Of a stretch of DNA of 64,000 nt, positions 49,146 to 59,277 are shown in pieces. Numbering within the stretch: position 1 is the first letter of the stretch; every line of letters starts with the position of its first letter. The position numbers were made by a program, and so were the translations under genes. Under the pieces are notes generated by a model. The model worked only from the letters and a program-made list of their open reading frames with translations. It searched no databases and was not told where the DNA came from. The stretch comes from Ostreococcus lucimarinus. Lineage: Eukaryota. The stretch lies in NCBI GenBank assembly GCA_000092065.1, contig CP000584.1. The stretch is one strand, 5' to 3'.

Positions 49146-50615
49146 CTATGTGTCGCTAGGTGGCGTCGACTCGGTGACTAGACTGTGCCGTTCTCGCTTG
49201 ACCTTCCTCACCAAAGGCTCTAGAAGTTTGAAATGACTCAATAAAATGTCTTGCTGAAGCTGTCCCATCTCCGCGATGATGTTCGCAGCGACATCTTGGT
49301 CGAGACGCCGAATGACTTCCTTTTGCGCCGTGACGCCGAGTTCGGCGAGAACTACGGCGGCGTCGTGAGGTGGTTGAGACGTCAATTGACGGGTTCGCAT
49401 TCGTAATGTCTCATGAGAATTGTTACCGCGACCGGTCGCCCGCGGACCTCGTAGGCGTCGCGATTCCATTCGTCTGAAGCTGCCATCCCTCCGAAACGAG
49501 AAGGAGCCCAAGAATTCATGCTCTTCTTCCGAACTTGGTTTCATTATTTTTTCCCCACGCAGCAGTCTACTGATCTGCGCAATCTCTGCTATCGTTTGCT
49601 CGTCTAGACGATGACTATCTTCTTTGCTATCGTTACGGTGAAGTTTCTTCGCCCAGTGCCATGTGCCCTTTGCCTCCTCTTGCGCGAGGCGAGTGTGCAC
49701 CAAGAGCTCGATTGTTTGCTTCTGGAGGTTTTCAACGTCATCTATCCCATCGTGCAGCTCGCAAATGAGCTTCAAGCATCGTGGAATAGTCTTGCAGAGC
49801 TTCTTGTTCATAAAAACGGCAACCTCGAAGAGTTCTGGGTACTCGTGGTAAACTTTTGCAACGTCCTCAATCTTCAACTTTGGCGGACACTGACGAGAAA
49901 TGTAAAGAATGGCACTCCTGACACGCGCGCGCACAGGACGAAGGAACTCTCTGCGATCTGCACGTTGTTGAGCAATGTATTTCTCCGTCGCCGTCACCTC
50001 TAACCCTAAATTCGCATCCATCGCCGAAAAATTCACCACCGGTAGGCGTTTCAATTTTCCAAACTGGCGCTCCTTCGTTCGCTGCCACTCCCAAAGCACC
50101 GGCGCTAACTCCCCGCGGTTCAACTCACCATCGCCATCGAGATCCAAAAGAGCGACTATGAAAAACACCTCTTTCGGAATTCTGTGTCCTCGCCCGTGTC
50201 CACTCGCGTACTTGTCCACTCGCGCGCCGAGTATCCCGAGTGTGGAAATGAACTCTTCAAAGCTCACTTGGGCATCGCCATCCGTGTCGAAAAAGTCCAG
50301 CAGCTTTCGCGTCCAAAGGCTCCGACGGTCGATACCGACGACCGCGCACAGCTCCTCGCGGTCGATCGTCCCCGATCTATCGATGTCGAACTTTACAAAC
50401 TGCTTTCGAATTTTTTTCAGCATTCTGGACTTCACCACCGCGTGCTCGAAACGGCTCAAAACCGGACGTTTGGGCATGTGTTTGCGGACGAATGCGATGA
50501 AACCAGCGATGCGACCGCGTGGGGCATCGACGGCGCGTTGACCGTCCTCGGGCGGGGAATCATCGGGCGGGACGACTGCCGCGTCGGGCGGGACGACCGC
50601 CTCGGCGTCAGCCAT
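49146..50615 (-). CDS. EF-hand calcium-binding protein
   Basis: At least three canonical EF loops (DIDRSGTIDREEL, DTDGDAQVSFEEF, DLDGDGELNRGEL) in the N-terminal half; a helical C-terminal half of unknown function. ATG at 50615. Confidence 0.65.
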   Translation of the reverse strand: MADAEAVVPPDAAVVPPDDSPPEDGQRAVDAPRGRIAGFIAFVRKHMPKRPVLSRFEHAVVKSRMLKKIRKQFVKFDIDRSGTIDREELCAVVGIDRRSLWTRKLLDFFDTDGDAQVSFEEFISTLGILGARVDKYASGHGRGHRIPKEVFFIVALLDLDGDGELNRGELAPVLWEWQRTKERQFGKLKRLPVVNFSAMDANLGLEVTATEKYIAQQRADRREFLRPVRARVRSAILYISRQCPPKLKIEDVAKVYHEYPELFEVAVFMNKKLCKTIPRCLKLICELHDGIDDVENLQKQTIELLVHTRLAQEEAKGTWHWAKKLHRNDSKEDSHRLDEQTIAEIAQISRLLRGEKIMKPSSEEEHEFLGSFSFRRDGSFRRMESRRLRGPRATGRGNNSHETLRMRTRQLTSQPPHDAAVVLAELGVTAQKEVIRRLDQDVAANIIAEMGQLQQDILLSHFKLLEPLVRKVKRERHSLVTESTPPSDT

Positions 50616-50819
50616 GGGAGGCGAGAAGTGACGGTGTTCGCCGTTCCGCGAGCTACGAGCGAGAAGCGAGCGAGCGAGCGAGCGAGCGAGCGAGCGAGTG
50701 GAGGCGCGTGATGCAGAATGTTTTTGAGTGAGCCAATCCGCTCAATTACACCCTCTAAGTTATCGCCAAGTGGAGAAGTCCCTCTAACAACCCCCACAAC
50801 GCACCACCACAAATCCTCT

Positions 50820-51395
50820 TTAACCTTCGGTTTCGATGGTGCCCTTCTCGCTAACGTAGATGCCATCAAGGAACTTTCTAATATCCTTTTTCTTCACCAA
50901 GCACGCCATGTGGATGAGGGCCGCCGACTTGGACACGTTGTCGATGTCGTTGCCTTCGAGGACGATGCAATCCTTCACAGACTCATCGCGGTACGACTTG
51001 ACACCTTCGAGCATGTTGCACACGCGAGTACGCTTTTCGCCAAGGAAGTTGCGGATTTCAACAACCGTCCCGTTCTTCTCAATGTTGATGTTCACGGGGA
51101 AGTGAGCGTACACAGCGCGCATCTTGTAGCGGAAACCCTTGGTGACACCGTCAAACAAGTTCGAGATGTGGCTAACGGTCGTGCGCAAGCTACCGGACAA
51201 CTTGTTGCTCGCGAACCACATCGTCGCAACGACTTCATTCTCTTCGTTGAGCGTGAGGTCGAGCTTCGGGATGTGGTGGAAGTCGCGGTGAAGCGAACCG
51301 CGCGGGCCAGTCACGCTGATCTTGCGCGCCTTGCACGCGGTCACCGTGACGCCTTCCGGCACGGCGATCTTGATCTCTCTCTTGATAAGTCTCAT
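50820..51395 (-). CDS. RPL9: 60S ribosomal protein L9 (uL6)
   Basis: Collinear with human RPL9 (GFRYKMRAVYAHFPVNINIEKNGTVVEIRNFLGEK, LEGNDIDNVSKSAALI, KDIRKFLDGIYVSEKGTI). 191 aa, ATG at 51395. Confidence 0.95.
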   Translation of the reverse strand: MRLIKREIKIAVPEGVTVTACKARKISVTGPRGSLHRDFHHIPKLDLTLNEENEVVATMWFASNKLSGSLRTTVSHISNLFDGVTKGFRYKMRAVYAHFPVNINIEKNGTVVEIRNFLGEKRTRVCNMLEGVKSYRDESVKDCIVLEGNDIDNVSKSAALIHMACLVKKKDIRKFLDGIYVSEKGTIETEG

Positions 51396-51969
51396 CTCGA
51401 GTCTATTTCACGCGAAAACGTCATCGACACGTCAGTCTCTCGCACGCTCAATCGCCGCTCGTTCTTCGTCGCGCGCGCTCGCGCGTCCCGCCTCCCTTTG
51501 GGGTTTCTCCTTCATCCCATCGCCCCGCGTTTTCGCTTCCTCCCGCGCGCCCACGCCCACACCGCGTTCATAATCCACAACCACAATCAGCATTCAACCT
51601 TTCCTCGCCATCGCGCCCGCCCGCGATCGATCGCGCGCGTCCCGCGAGCTCCCATCGCGCGCGCGCGATCGGCCAACTAGGGCTTGCGCGCGCGGTCGAC
51701 CCGCGTGCCGTTCGCGCGCGTCGTCCCGCCCGCCGCCCTCGCGCGTCGCCGGCGCATCGTGCGTTATATCTTCCATCGCGTTCGCGCGCGCGCGCGCGTC
51801 GTCGCGTCGATCGTACCTCAGAAGCGCGTCTTGAAGAGACGGATGCCGTCGCGCCCGGCGCGGCGTCGCGCGCGCGAGACCATCGCCTCGTCGATTGACT
51901 CGTCGATTGACTCGAGACGTGGGACTCTACGTATTCAACGTCCGAAATGCGGATCATCACGGAGTGAAA

Positions 51970-54798
51970 ATGAAAATCACACCGCGCGCGGCGCTTTTTC
52001 GAAGCGCAGCCGCCGGCGCGCGCGACGCCGCGGTCACCTCGCGACGCGCGATGGATCGCCGGACGTCGCGCGCGAGCGCCGGACCGACGGGTCGCGACGT
52101 CGACGATGCCTCGCTCGAGCGCGCGGGAGAGGAGGACGGTGATGCGGCGCCGTCGAGCCGGTTGTGCGTGAAGAATGTGCCGAAACATTTGAAGGATGAC
52201 AGACTGCGCGAACACTTCGCGGCGATGGGGGAGGTGACGGACGTGAAGATCGTGCGCACGGCGGACGGGACGTCGAGACAGATGGCGTTCGTTGGGTACA
52301 AGACGGAGGCGATGGCGACGAAGGCATTGAAGTACTTTGATAAGACGTTCATCGATACGTCGCGGGTGGAGGTGCAGTACGCGCGGAGCGTGCACAGCGC
52401 GCAGATACCGCGACCGTGGTCGAAGTATAGCGCGGGAAGCTCGGCGAATAAGGAAAAAGAGACGATAAAGAGTGGGCACGGGGGAAAGGGCGAGGCGGAG
52501 GCGGATGGTGAGGGTGAAAGATGGATCGGCGCGCGAGAGGCGAAAAAGTTGGCCAAGCAAAAAGCTCGCGAGCTGCACGATCCGAGGTACAAGGCGGAGC
52601 AGCTCATGAAGGTTGATCCAAAATTTCGCGAGTTCATGGAGCTCATGGTTCCCGCGAAACAAAAGTTTTGGAGCGATGGGTTCTTCGAGGATCAAGACAA
52701 GTTGGAGGGTTATAGGAAGGATTCCGAAAAAGCGCTTCGCGAAGACGGAGACGCCGGGAGCAGCGACGACGAGTATCAAGACTTGGACGAGTCAGAAGAC
52801 GAAGAACAGGAGGAAGAATCGGACAAATCAGGGTCGGAGTCAGACTCGGAGTCTGAGTCTGAAAGCGACAAGGTGGCGAATGACGATAAAGTGTCGGACA
52901 TGGATTACTTCAAATCGAAACAATCGACGTGGAAAGACGACGAGGACGATAGCGAGGACTCCGATTCTGATGACTCCGAATCTTCTTCCGACGACGAGCA
53001 AAGCCAAAGCCCTGATGCGTCTGATGATGAAGAGAAGAGTTCTGATTCAGACGCCTCCGATGATCCAGACACACTAGAGAAGGAAGAGACAGACGCCGCG
53101 GAACCAGAATCGAAAGACGTCAACGCGGCCGACATGGAGGCGTTGTCCGAAACCGGTCGAATTTTCGTGCGCAATTTGCCTTATACTGCGACGGAAGAAG
53201 AAGTGGCGGAGTTGTTCGAACAGTTTGGCAAGCTCACCGCGGTTCACATTCTCGTCGATCGCAGTACAAAGCGTAGCAAAGGTTTGGCGTACGTGACTTT
53301 TGTCATACCCGAGGATGGCGTCAAGGCGATGGAAGCGGTGGACGGCTCAATCTTTCAAGGTCGTTTGATCCACTTACTTCCCGCCAAACGCGCGCCACAG
53401 CTTGATTCTACGATGGGTGGCGTTGGACGCACAGGTGAAGGCGAAGACGACAAGAAGGATTCCTTCAAGACGGAACGCGACGCCGAGCGCAAAGCCGACG
53501 CGGGCAACACAAAGGCGTGGAACTCTTTATTCATGCGTCAAGATACCGTGGCCGCGGCGATCGCGGCACACTACGGCGTCACGAAAGCCGAACTCCTCGA
53601 CTCTGGTGCGGATGATCTCGCAGTGCGCATGGCGCTCGGCGAAGCGCACGTCATCGCGACGACGAAGCAACAACTCGGCGAAGCTGGCATTGACGCGGAA
53701 TCGCTCGAGCAGTCTGCGGCTTCGAGTGGGGCGAAAAGTGCGAGCCGAGTCAAGCGCAGTAATTGCGTGTTATTGTTGAAAAACTTACCCTACGAAGCCG
53801 AGGAGGATGAGCTTAGAGAACTCTGCGAAAAGTTTGGCGGCGTGGCGAGATTCATCTTACCCGATACGCACACCATCGCCGTCGTGGAGTTCCTTGAAGC
53901 CTCCGAAGCGCGCCGCGCGTTCACGGGTTTGGCGTACAAACGCTATCGACATGTACCACTTTATTTAGAATGGGCGCCCGAGAATATTTTTGCCTCGACT
54001 TCAAAGGTCGACATCAAGGGCGCCAAGGCGCTAGCCGTCGCCGACGCGTCGAGCGATTTAGCCAAGGAGGCGCGAGACAAGACAAAGGCGAAAGTGGACG
54101 CGGCGAATGATCTCGCCGGTAAAACCGTCAGCGACGACGCGGTGTCGATATTCGTCAAAGGTCTGGATTTCGGTACCACCGACAAAAAATTGCGTTCGCA
54201 TTTCGCCGCGGCGGCGCAACGCGTCTCTGGCCAAATCATCGCCGCTCGCGTCGTCACCCATCGCGGGCCCGGAGGCAAGATGCTCAGTCGAGGCTTTGGC
54301 TTTGTAGAGTTTGACACTCCCATGGTCGCAAAGTCGGTTTTGACCGCTCTTCAAGGATCGTCGCTCGACGGTAAGACGCTCAAGCTGGAGTTGAGCTCGC
54401 AAGGAGGCGGCGAACGCGATGACGACAAGGCTGGGAAAGTTCCGAAGGGCTTTAGCGCGACGAAAATTGTCGTCAGAAACGTCGCATTTGAAGCGACGAA
54501 GCGCGACATTCAGAAGCTGTTCAACCCGTTCGGACAACTCAAGCAAGTCCGATTGCCGAAAAAGTTCGACGGCGCGCACCGAGGTTTCGCATTCGTCGAG
54601 TTCAACACGCGACGAGAGACGCAAGCCGCCATGGATGCGCTCCGAGGCACGCACTTGTACGGCAGACACATCATCATAGAACGCGCCGCGGAAGAGGAAG
54701 ACGGAGAGGAAGACATAGAGGCGATTCGAAAGAAAACGACGTCGAGATTCGAAGCGAACGAGAACGCGTCCAAGCGCACGCGCTTGAACTCCTACTAG
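51970..54798 (+). CDS. Multiple-RRM nucleolar protein RBM19/Mrd1
   Basis: Five to six RRMs (e.g. RLCVKNVPKHLKDDRLREHFAAMGEVTDVKIV; GRIFVRNLPYTATEEEVAELFEQFGKL; CVLLLKNLPYEAEEDELRELCEKFG; IFVKGLDFGTTDKKLRSHF; KIVVRNVAFEATKRDIQKLFNPFGQLKQVRLP) separated by an acidic Asp/Glu/Ser linker, as in Mrd1/RBM19. The track start is TTG at 51895; first ATG at 51970 (alternative 52051). Confidence 0.8.
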   Translation: MKITPRAALFRSAAAGARDAAVTSRRAMDRRTSRASAGPTGRDVDDASLERAGEEDGDAAPSSRLCVKNVPKHLKDDRLREHFAAMGEVTDVKIVRTADGTSRQMAFVGYKTEAMATKALKYFDKTFIDTSRVEVQYARSVHSAQIPRPWSKYSAGSSANKEKETIKSGHGGKGEAEADGEGERWIGAREAKKLAKQKARELHDPRYKAEQLMKVDPKFREFMELMVPAKQKFWSDGFFEDQDKLEGYRKDSEKALREDGDAGSSDDEYQDLDESEDEEQEEESDKSGSESDSESESESDKVANDDKVSDMDYFKSKQSTWKDDEDDSEDSDSDDSESSSDDEQSQSPDASDDEEKSSDSDASDDPDTLEKEETDAAEPESKDVNAADMEALSETGRIFVRNLPYTATEEEVAELFEQFGKLTAVHILVDRSTKRSKGLAYVTFVIPEDGVKAMEAVDGSIFQGRLIHLLPAKRAPQLDSTMGGVGRTGEGEDDKKDSFKTERDAERKADAGNTKAWNSLFMRQDTVAAAIAAHYGVTKAELLDSGADDLAVRMALGEAHVIATTKQQLGEAGIDAESLEQSAASSGAKSASRVKRSNCVLLLKNLPYEAEEDELRELCEKFGGVARFILPDTHTIAVVEFLEASEARRAFTGLAYKRYRHVPLYLEWAPENIFASTSKVDIKGAKALAVADASSDLAKEARDKTKAKVDAANDLAGKTVSDDAVSIFVKGLDFGTTDKKLRSHFAAAAQRVSGQIIAARVVTHRGPGGKMLSRGFGFVEFDTPMVAKSVLTALQGSSLDGKTLKLELSSQGGGERDDDKAGKVPKGFSATKIVVRNVAFEATKRDIQKLFNPFGQLKQVRLPKKFDGAHRGFAFVEFNTRRETQAAMDALRGTHLYGRHIIIERAAEEEDGEEDIEAIRKKTTSRFEANENASKRTRLNSY

Positions 54799-54818
54799 AA
54801 ATTTAATCACAATAGCCC

Positions 54819-55496
54819 TCACGCGAGCCGCTTTGAAAGAATGAGATAGTGCGAGCTCCCTTCGTCCACGCTCTCGTCCGGGCTGAGTTCGTCCACGACG
54901 TAGCCCATCTTCTTCGTGTAGAACTCGTACGCCCCGACGTTCGTCTTGAGCACGGTCAACACCACGGCCTCCATCCCCAGTTTCTTCGAAACCGTCTCCA
55001 CCGTTCGCACGAGCGTCTCCCCGAGCGCCCGTCGCTGGTGCGCCGCTTCGCACTGCAACTCGTACACGTACCCCACCGGATTATCCACATCCTCGTCCTC
55101 CCTCTCGAATCTAAAGTGCACAAACGCCACCGGACGTCCACTCTCGCGCGATCGCACCAGCACAAACCTCGCCGCGCCGTTATTCAACTCCCTCCGCTTC
55201 TCCGTCGCGTCCCATCCCCACGTGCGCTCGTACGCCGCGCGCATGTTCGCCTCCGTCACCTCGAAGCACCAATCCCGATCGCTCGTCGACATCTCCCGCG
55301 CCGACGCGTAGAATTCAAACCCATACCCCTCCCGCGTCGCCCTCGCGCGCGAATCCCTCGCGCTCCGCACCGCCAGGCACGCGTCCGCGGCGCGCGGCAC
55401 CATCCGCTCGAGCGTCCCCGTCGCCGTCTCGCGCGCGTTCGCGCGTCGCAGGATCGTCGCCGTCGCCGTCGCCGTCCCGTCGCCGTCGCGGTCCAT
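54819..55496 (-). CDS. NAA40: N-alpha-acetyltransferase 40 (NatD, histone H4/H2A N-terminal acetyltransferase)
   Basis: C-terminal GNAT region VGYVYELQCEAAHQRRALGETLV...MEAVVLTVLKTNVGAYEFYTKKMGYVVDELSPDES...YLILSKRL matches human NAA40 ([21 protein letters not shown]...VMLTVFKHNHGAYQFF...FEIDDSSP...YEILSRR). The track start is GTG at 55502; ATG at 55496. The N-terminal 30 aa may be a presequence, or the start may be at M34. Confidence 0.8.
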   Translation of the reverse strand: MDRDGDGTATATATILRRANARETATGTLERMVPRAADACLAVRSARDSRARATREGYGFEFYASAREMSTSDRDWCFEVTEANMRAAYERTWGWDATEKRRELNNGAARFVLVRSRESGRPVAFVHFRFEREDEDVDNPVGYVYELQCEAAHQRRALGETLVRTVETVSKKLGMEAVVLTVLKTNVGAYEFYTKKMGYVVDELSPDESVDEGSSHYLILSKRLA

Positions 55497-55497
55497 C

Positions 55498-55584
55498 GTC
55501 ACCGTCCCGTCACCGTCCCGTCACCGTCCCGCGTCGCCGTCTCGCGCGTCGCACGCGTCGCGTCGAAATCAAATCAAATCAAAA
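55498..55584. promoter_or_regulatory. Short tandem repeats in the divergent NAA40/PsaF promoter
   Basis: tcaccgtcccg x3 (55498-55531) and (aaatc)3-4 (55566-55584) in the 388 bp spacer between NAA40 (-) and PsaF exon 1 (+). A regulatory role is inferred only from position. Confidence 0.3.
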
Positions 55585-55883
55585 CCACGTCGCGGCGTCG
55601 CGCGCGCGCGTCGACGACGCGAACCGGCGCTGGGCGTGATTCGACGGTTCGCGACCCATCGCGAGGGGGTCCCCGCGCGCCCCGCCCGAGATTTACCCCT
55701 CGCTCGAAACCCGAAAACGCGCGCGCGCGGGTCGTACGATCACCACCGAATCGCCCATCACCGCGAACGCGCGCGCGCGATCGAATCCGATCCGCGCGCG
55801 CGTCGTATCTTTCGCCGCGCGCGGCGTCGCGCGCGTCGCGCGCGCCGCACTTCGCGTCGCGACGCGCACGGGACTCGCGCACG

Positions 55884-55901
55884 ATGAACGCGCTCGCTCA
55901 G
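55884..55901 (+). CDS. psaF: Photosystem I subunit III (PsaF) precursor, exon 1 (6 codons)
   Basis: ATG at 55884 (aa 346 of track ORF 54849..56366) encodes MNALAQ followed by a GTACGC donor. It is needed because exon 2 has no in-frame ATG (the track start is GTG). The spliced presequence MNALAQ|[25 protein letters not shown]... is a typical chloroplast transit peptide. Confidence 0.6.
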
Positions 55902-56395
55902 GTACGCGTCGGTTCGCGCGTCGTCGGCGCGCGCGACGCGACGCGACGACGCGCGCGCGCGACGCGAGGGACGGCGCGCGCGCGATCGGCGTTCGAAACG
56001 ATCGGTCGATCGCGCGCTCGTCGCGTCGTCGCGTCGCGCGCGCGATGGACGCGCGGCGGCGATCGGGCGTCGGGTGGGGGCCGACGCGCGATCGCGCGGG
56101 CCGCGCGCGGCGCGGCGCGGACGCGCGCGAGACGCGGCGTCGATCGAGGGCGGACGCGCGCGATCGGTGGATCGCCACCGCGGGGCGTCGAGCGGGACGA
56201 CGGAGGCGGCGCGGGCGCGGGCGCGAGGCGGATTCGGGCGGCGCGCGCGACGCGAGAGGGCGCGGACGCGGTGGCGCGCGAGGTCGGGAGGGCGGGGCGC
56301 GCGGGCGAAAGGGCGCGCGCGACGACGAAGGCGAGCGCGGGGACGAGGGCGAGGCGCGAAGACTGACCTAGAACGGATTCGACGCGTCGACGCAG

Positions 56396-57076
56396 GTTCA
56401 ACTCTCCAGCAAGGTGACCGTTTCTGGTCTCAAGCAAACCGCGCGCGTGAACGCGCGCACGGTGAAGACCGCCGCGCACTGCTCCGCCGCCGATGTGACG
56501 CGCAAGGCGGCGTCCTTGGCCGTCGCCGCCGCCGTCGCGGCGACGCCGTTGGTCGTCGTCGAAGAAGCCTTCGCGCGCGACGTGCAACCGTACGCCGGTT
56601 TGACCCCGTGCAAGACGTCCAAGGCGTTCGCAAAGCGTCAAAAGACCGAAATTAAGGCGCTCCAAAAGCGTCTCAAGAAGTACGACCCGGAATCCGCCCC
56701 GGCGCTCGCCCTCAACGCGACGATCGAAAAGACGAAGACGCGATTCGCCAACTACGGCGAAGCCGGTCTCCTCTGCGGTAAGGATGGTCTCCCGCACTTG
56801 ATTGTTGATGGTAACCTCGAGCACCTTGGCGAGTTCGCCGTGCCGGGCTTGGGTTTCCTCTACGTGGCGGGCTGGATTGGCTACGCGGGCCGCTCCTACG
56901 TTCAAATGAACAAGGAAACCGCCGCCAAGCCGACGCAAGGTGAAATCATCATCGATGTCCCGAAGGCGCTCGGCTTGATGTTCCAAGCGGGTGCGTGGCC
57001 GCTCCTCGCCGGTCTTGAGCTCAAGAACGGTACGCTCACGGCGCCGGAGAGCGAGATCACCGTCTCCCCGAGATAA
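56396..57076 (+). CDS. psaF: Photosystem I subunit III (PsaF) precursor, exon 2
   Basis: Strong collinear match to Chlamydomonas/plant PsaF ([29 protein letters not shown]...[36 protein letters not shown]...[15 protein letters not shown]...PT..EIIIDVP.A......GAGWPL.A..EL..GTL...E..ITVSPR), preceded by a lumen-targeting hydrophobic domain ([24 protein letters not shown]). The acceptor CAG| is at 56395. Confidence 0.9.
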   Translation, partial: VQLSSKVTVSGLKQTARVNARTVKTAAHCSAADVTRKAASLAVAAAVAATPLVVVEEAFARDVQPYAGLTPCKTSKAFAKRQKTEIKALQKRLKKYDPESAPALALNATIEKTKTRFANYGEAGLLCGKDGLPHLIVDGNLEHLGEFAVPGLGFLYVAGWIGYAGRSYVQMNKETAAKPTQGEIIIDVPKALGLMFQAGAWPLLAGLELKNGTLTAPESEITVSPR

Positions 57077-57309
57077 GCGACATAGTAGAAACTCTCGAGC
57101 GCTTGCTGTACGATCACGAGGACCTTCCTTTATTAGTCAGAAGAAACGCGATTTGTGATTGCCAAACATAATGCTTCTTTAATCGTACACTTGTGCTTTA
57201 CATCGACGGAACGCTCGTTCCTCTGCGCCGCTATTTGTTCTTCTACGTTGCTACCGCTACTCGCTTGCGGAGGACTTCCGAGCGCCGACGCTAAGATTGT
57301 TCGCGTTTC

Positions 57310-58131
57310 CTACGCGCCGTTCGGACTCGCAGGCATGGCGAGTCGCGTCACCACGAGATCATCGCTGGTCGTCGATTCTTCCACCAAATACTCGATGAGC
57401 ATGATTGCGAAGAACGTCAGGCAAATTGCGATTCCGACGCCGACGCGCAGAAACTTTGACTGCGGTTGAACGCCGACGTTCGCACCCACCTCGGCGGCTT
57501 CCTCCGCCATGGATGCGAGCGCGGAATCAATCTGTAACAGAACCTCCTCGCGACGTTTCTTTCCAACCTCGCGTCGCTCGTCGTCACCGTTCCCCGCCGC
57601 CGCCCCTCCTCTTTTGGGCTGCGGAAACCGACGCTCCAACTCCGCGAGCGCGAGACGATTCCTCGTCTCGGCCTCGGCCTCGACCTCGGCCATCGCCCCG
57701 ACGCGTCGCGAAGACACTTCGACGACCCCCATCCCCGGTTGTTTCCCCAGTCTCCCCATCGTTCGCCGCTCGCGCCGATTTTCCTCCGCGGCCTCCGCCC
57801 ACGCGTCGAGTTCTCGCAGCGCCTCCCTCGCCTTCGTCTCCTTCGCGTCGCTCGCGCTCCCGAGCTGCAGATCCCACACCGCGCGTTCGCCCAATTCCAT
57901 CGCCCCCTGCGCGGCGTCCCGCACCGCGTCCAGCGCCTCGCGCGAGATTTTCGCCGCGCTCGCCCCCGCGAGCGCTCGGCTCGAGCGTTCGACCGCGTCG
58001 AGCGCGCTCGTGAGCTCATCCACGCTCGACGCCCTCGCGCGCACCGCCTCGCGAAGCGCCGCGCATCGCTCGTACACCTCGCTCACCGCGTCGCCGAACG
58101 GCGACGGCGGCGCGCGCGCGGGCGTCATCGT
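57310..58131 (-). CDS. Coiled-coil protein with a near-C-terminal transmembrane segment (SNARE-like/tail-anchored candidate)
   Basis: ORF 57310..58152; first ATG at about 58131 (MTPARAPP...). Long Ala/Glu/Arg-rich helices, then EVLLQIDSALASMAEEAAEVGANVG, then a TM helix FLRVGVGIAICLTFFAIMLIEYLV, then about 30 aa. No confident family match. Confidence 0.4.
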   Translation of the reverse strand, partial: TMTPARAPPSPFGDAVSEVYERCAALREAVRARASSVDELTSALDAVERSSRALAGASAAKISREALDAVRDAAQGAMELGERAVWDLQLGSASDAKETKAREALRELDAWAEAAEENRRERRTMGRLGKQPGMGVVEVSSRRVGAMAEVEAEAETRNRLALAELERRFPQPKRGGAAAGNGDDERREVGKKRREEVLLQIDSALASMAEEAAEVGANVGVQPQSKFLRVGVGIAICLTFFAIMLIEYLVEESTTSDDLVVTRLAMPASPNGA

Positions 58132-58382
58132 GTGGCGCGCCCGCGGTCGCACTCGAAGACGCGACGCCGAGATGTCGACGAAAAAGGTGCGCGAGCGCGC
58201 GCGACGCGCACCGCGGTCGACGCGTCGCGACGCGCGCGCGCGCGGCGACGCGGCGACGCGCGCGCGATCGATGACGCGCGATTGATTACGCCGGCCCGTT
58301 TGCGATTCGATTTGGTGTTGACGGATTGAATTCGAATTTGAACGACGACCGGCGCGTGACTGACGATCGTCGACGCGTGTCG

Positions 58383-58432
58383 ATGCGCGCGCAGCGTACT
58401 CTGCTCAAGGTGATCATCCTTGGGGACTCGGG
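58383..58432 (+). CDS. RAB7: Rab7 small GTPase, exon 1
   Basis: ATG at about 58383 encodes MRAQRTLLKVIILGDSG (P-loop start) and ends in phase 2 before a GTGAGT donor. The coordinates come from direct reading, so the uncertainty is 1-2 nt. Confidence 0.7.
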
Positions 58433-58526
58433 GTGAGTAACGCGCGCACGGCGAGGCGAAGGCGCTCGAACGAATGAACGCTCGCTCGGGACGCGACTGA
58501 CGCGACGACGATCGTCCGCGATGTAG

Positions 58527-59100
58527 GGTTGGGAAGACGTCGTTGATGGCGCAATACGTAAATAATAAGTTCTCCAAGCAGTACAAGGCGACGATCGGGG
58601 CGGATTTCATGACGAAGGAAATCGTCATCGACGACACGGTGGTGACGTTGCAAATTTGGGATACGGCTGGACAGGAGCGATTTCAGTCGCTCGGCGTGTC
58701 GTTTTATCGCGGTGCGGATTGCGTGATGTGCGTGTACGACGTCAACTCGGCGAAATCGTTCGAGTCGCTCGAGAACTGGCGAAACGAGTTTCTCGTGCAG
58801 GCGTCGCCGAGCGACCCAGAGAAATTTCCCGTCGTCGTCGTGGGGAATAAAATCGACGTAGAGGACGGCAAGGACAGCAAGAGGGTGATCAGCGAGAAGA
58901 AGGCAAAATCGTGGTGCACGTCAAAGGGTGGTTTGATGCACTTCGAGTGCAGCGCGAAGGAAGATATCAACGTCGACGCCGCTTTTGAAGCCGTCGCGAG
59001 GTTCGCCGTGCAAAACGAAGACGCCGAGGAGGACGTGTACTTGCCGGACACCGTTAGCATCGACACGCGCGGCGCCGCACCCTCCAGCGGGTGCTGCTGA
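58527..59100 (+). CDS. RAB7: Rab7 small GTPase, exon 2
   Basis: After a TAG| acceptor: (G)[70 protein letters not shown]...[13 protein letters not shown]...[15 protein letters not shown]...SGCC matches Rab7 including the C-terminal CC prenylation motif. The spliced product is about 207 aa. Confidence 0.9.
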
Positions 59101-59277
59101 CGACTTTTACGACTTGTCACGCGCGCACGCAACCATTCAACACCTTTCGTCGTTCCCATTCGCCAACTCGCTCGTCTCGCGTTCCGCGTCCCGCTCCGTG
59201 GATAAAGCGCGCGGCTGAGATTACTCATCATCCTCCATCGTCTGTCTCCACGCCACACCTCGCCGCGCGCGCGTCCG

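Noticed and set aside
58543-59100. Rab7 track ORF read as an N-terminally truncated pseudogene (it lacks the P-loop GDSGVGKT).
   Set aside because: The missing P-loop start is supplied by a 50-nt first exon at about 58383..58432 with a GTGAGT donor and a TAG| acceptor at 58526, giving an intact roughly 207 aa Rab7.
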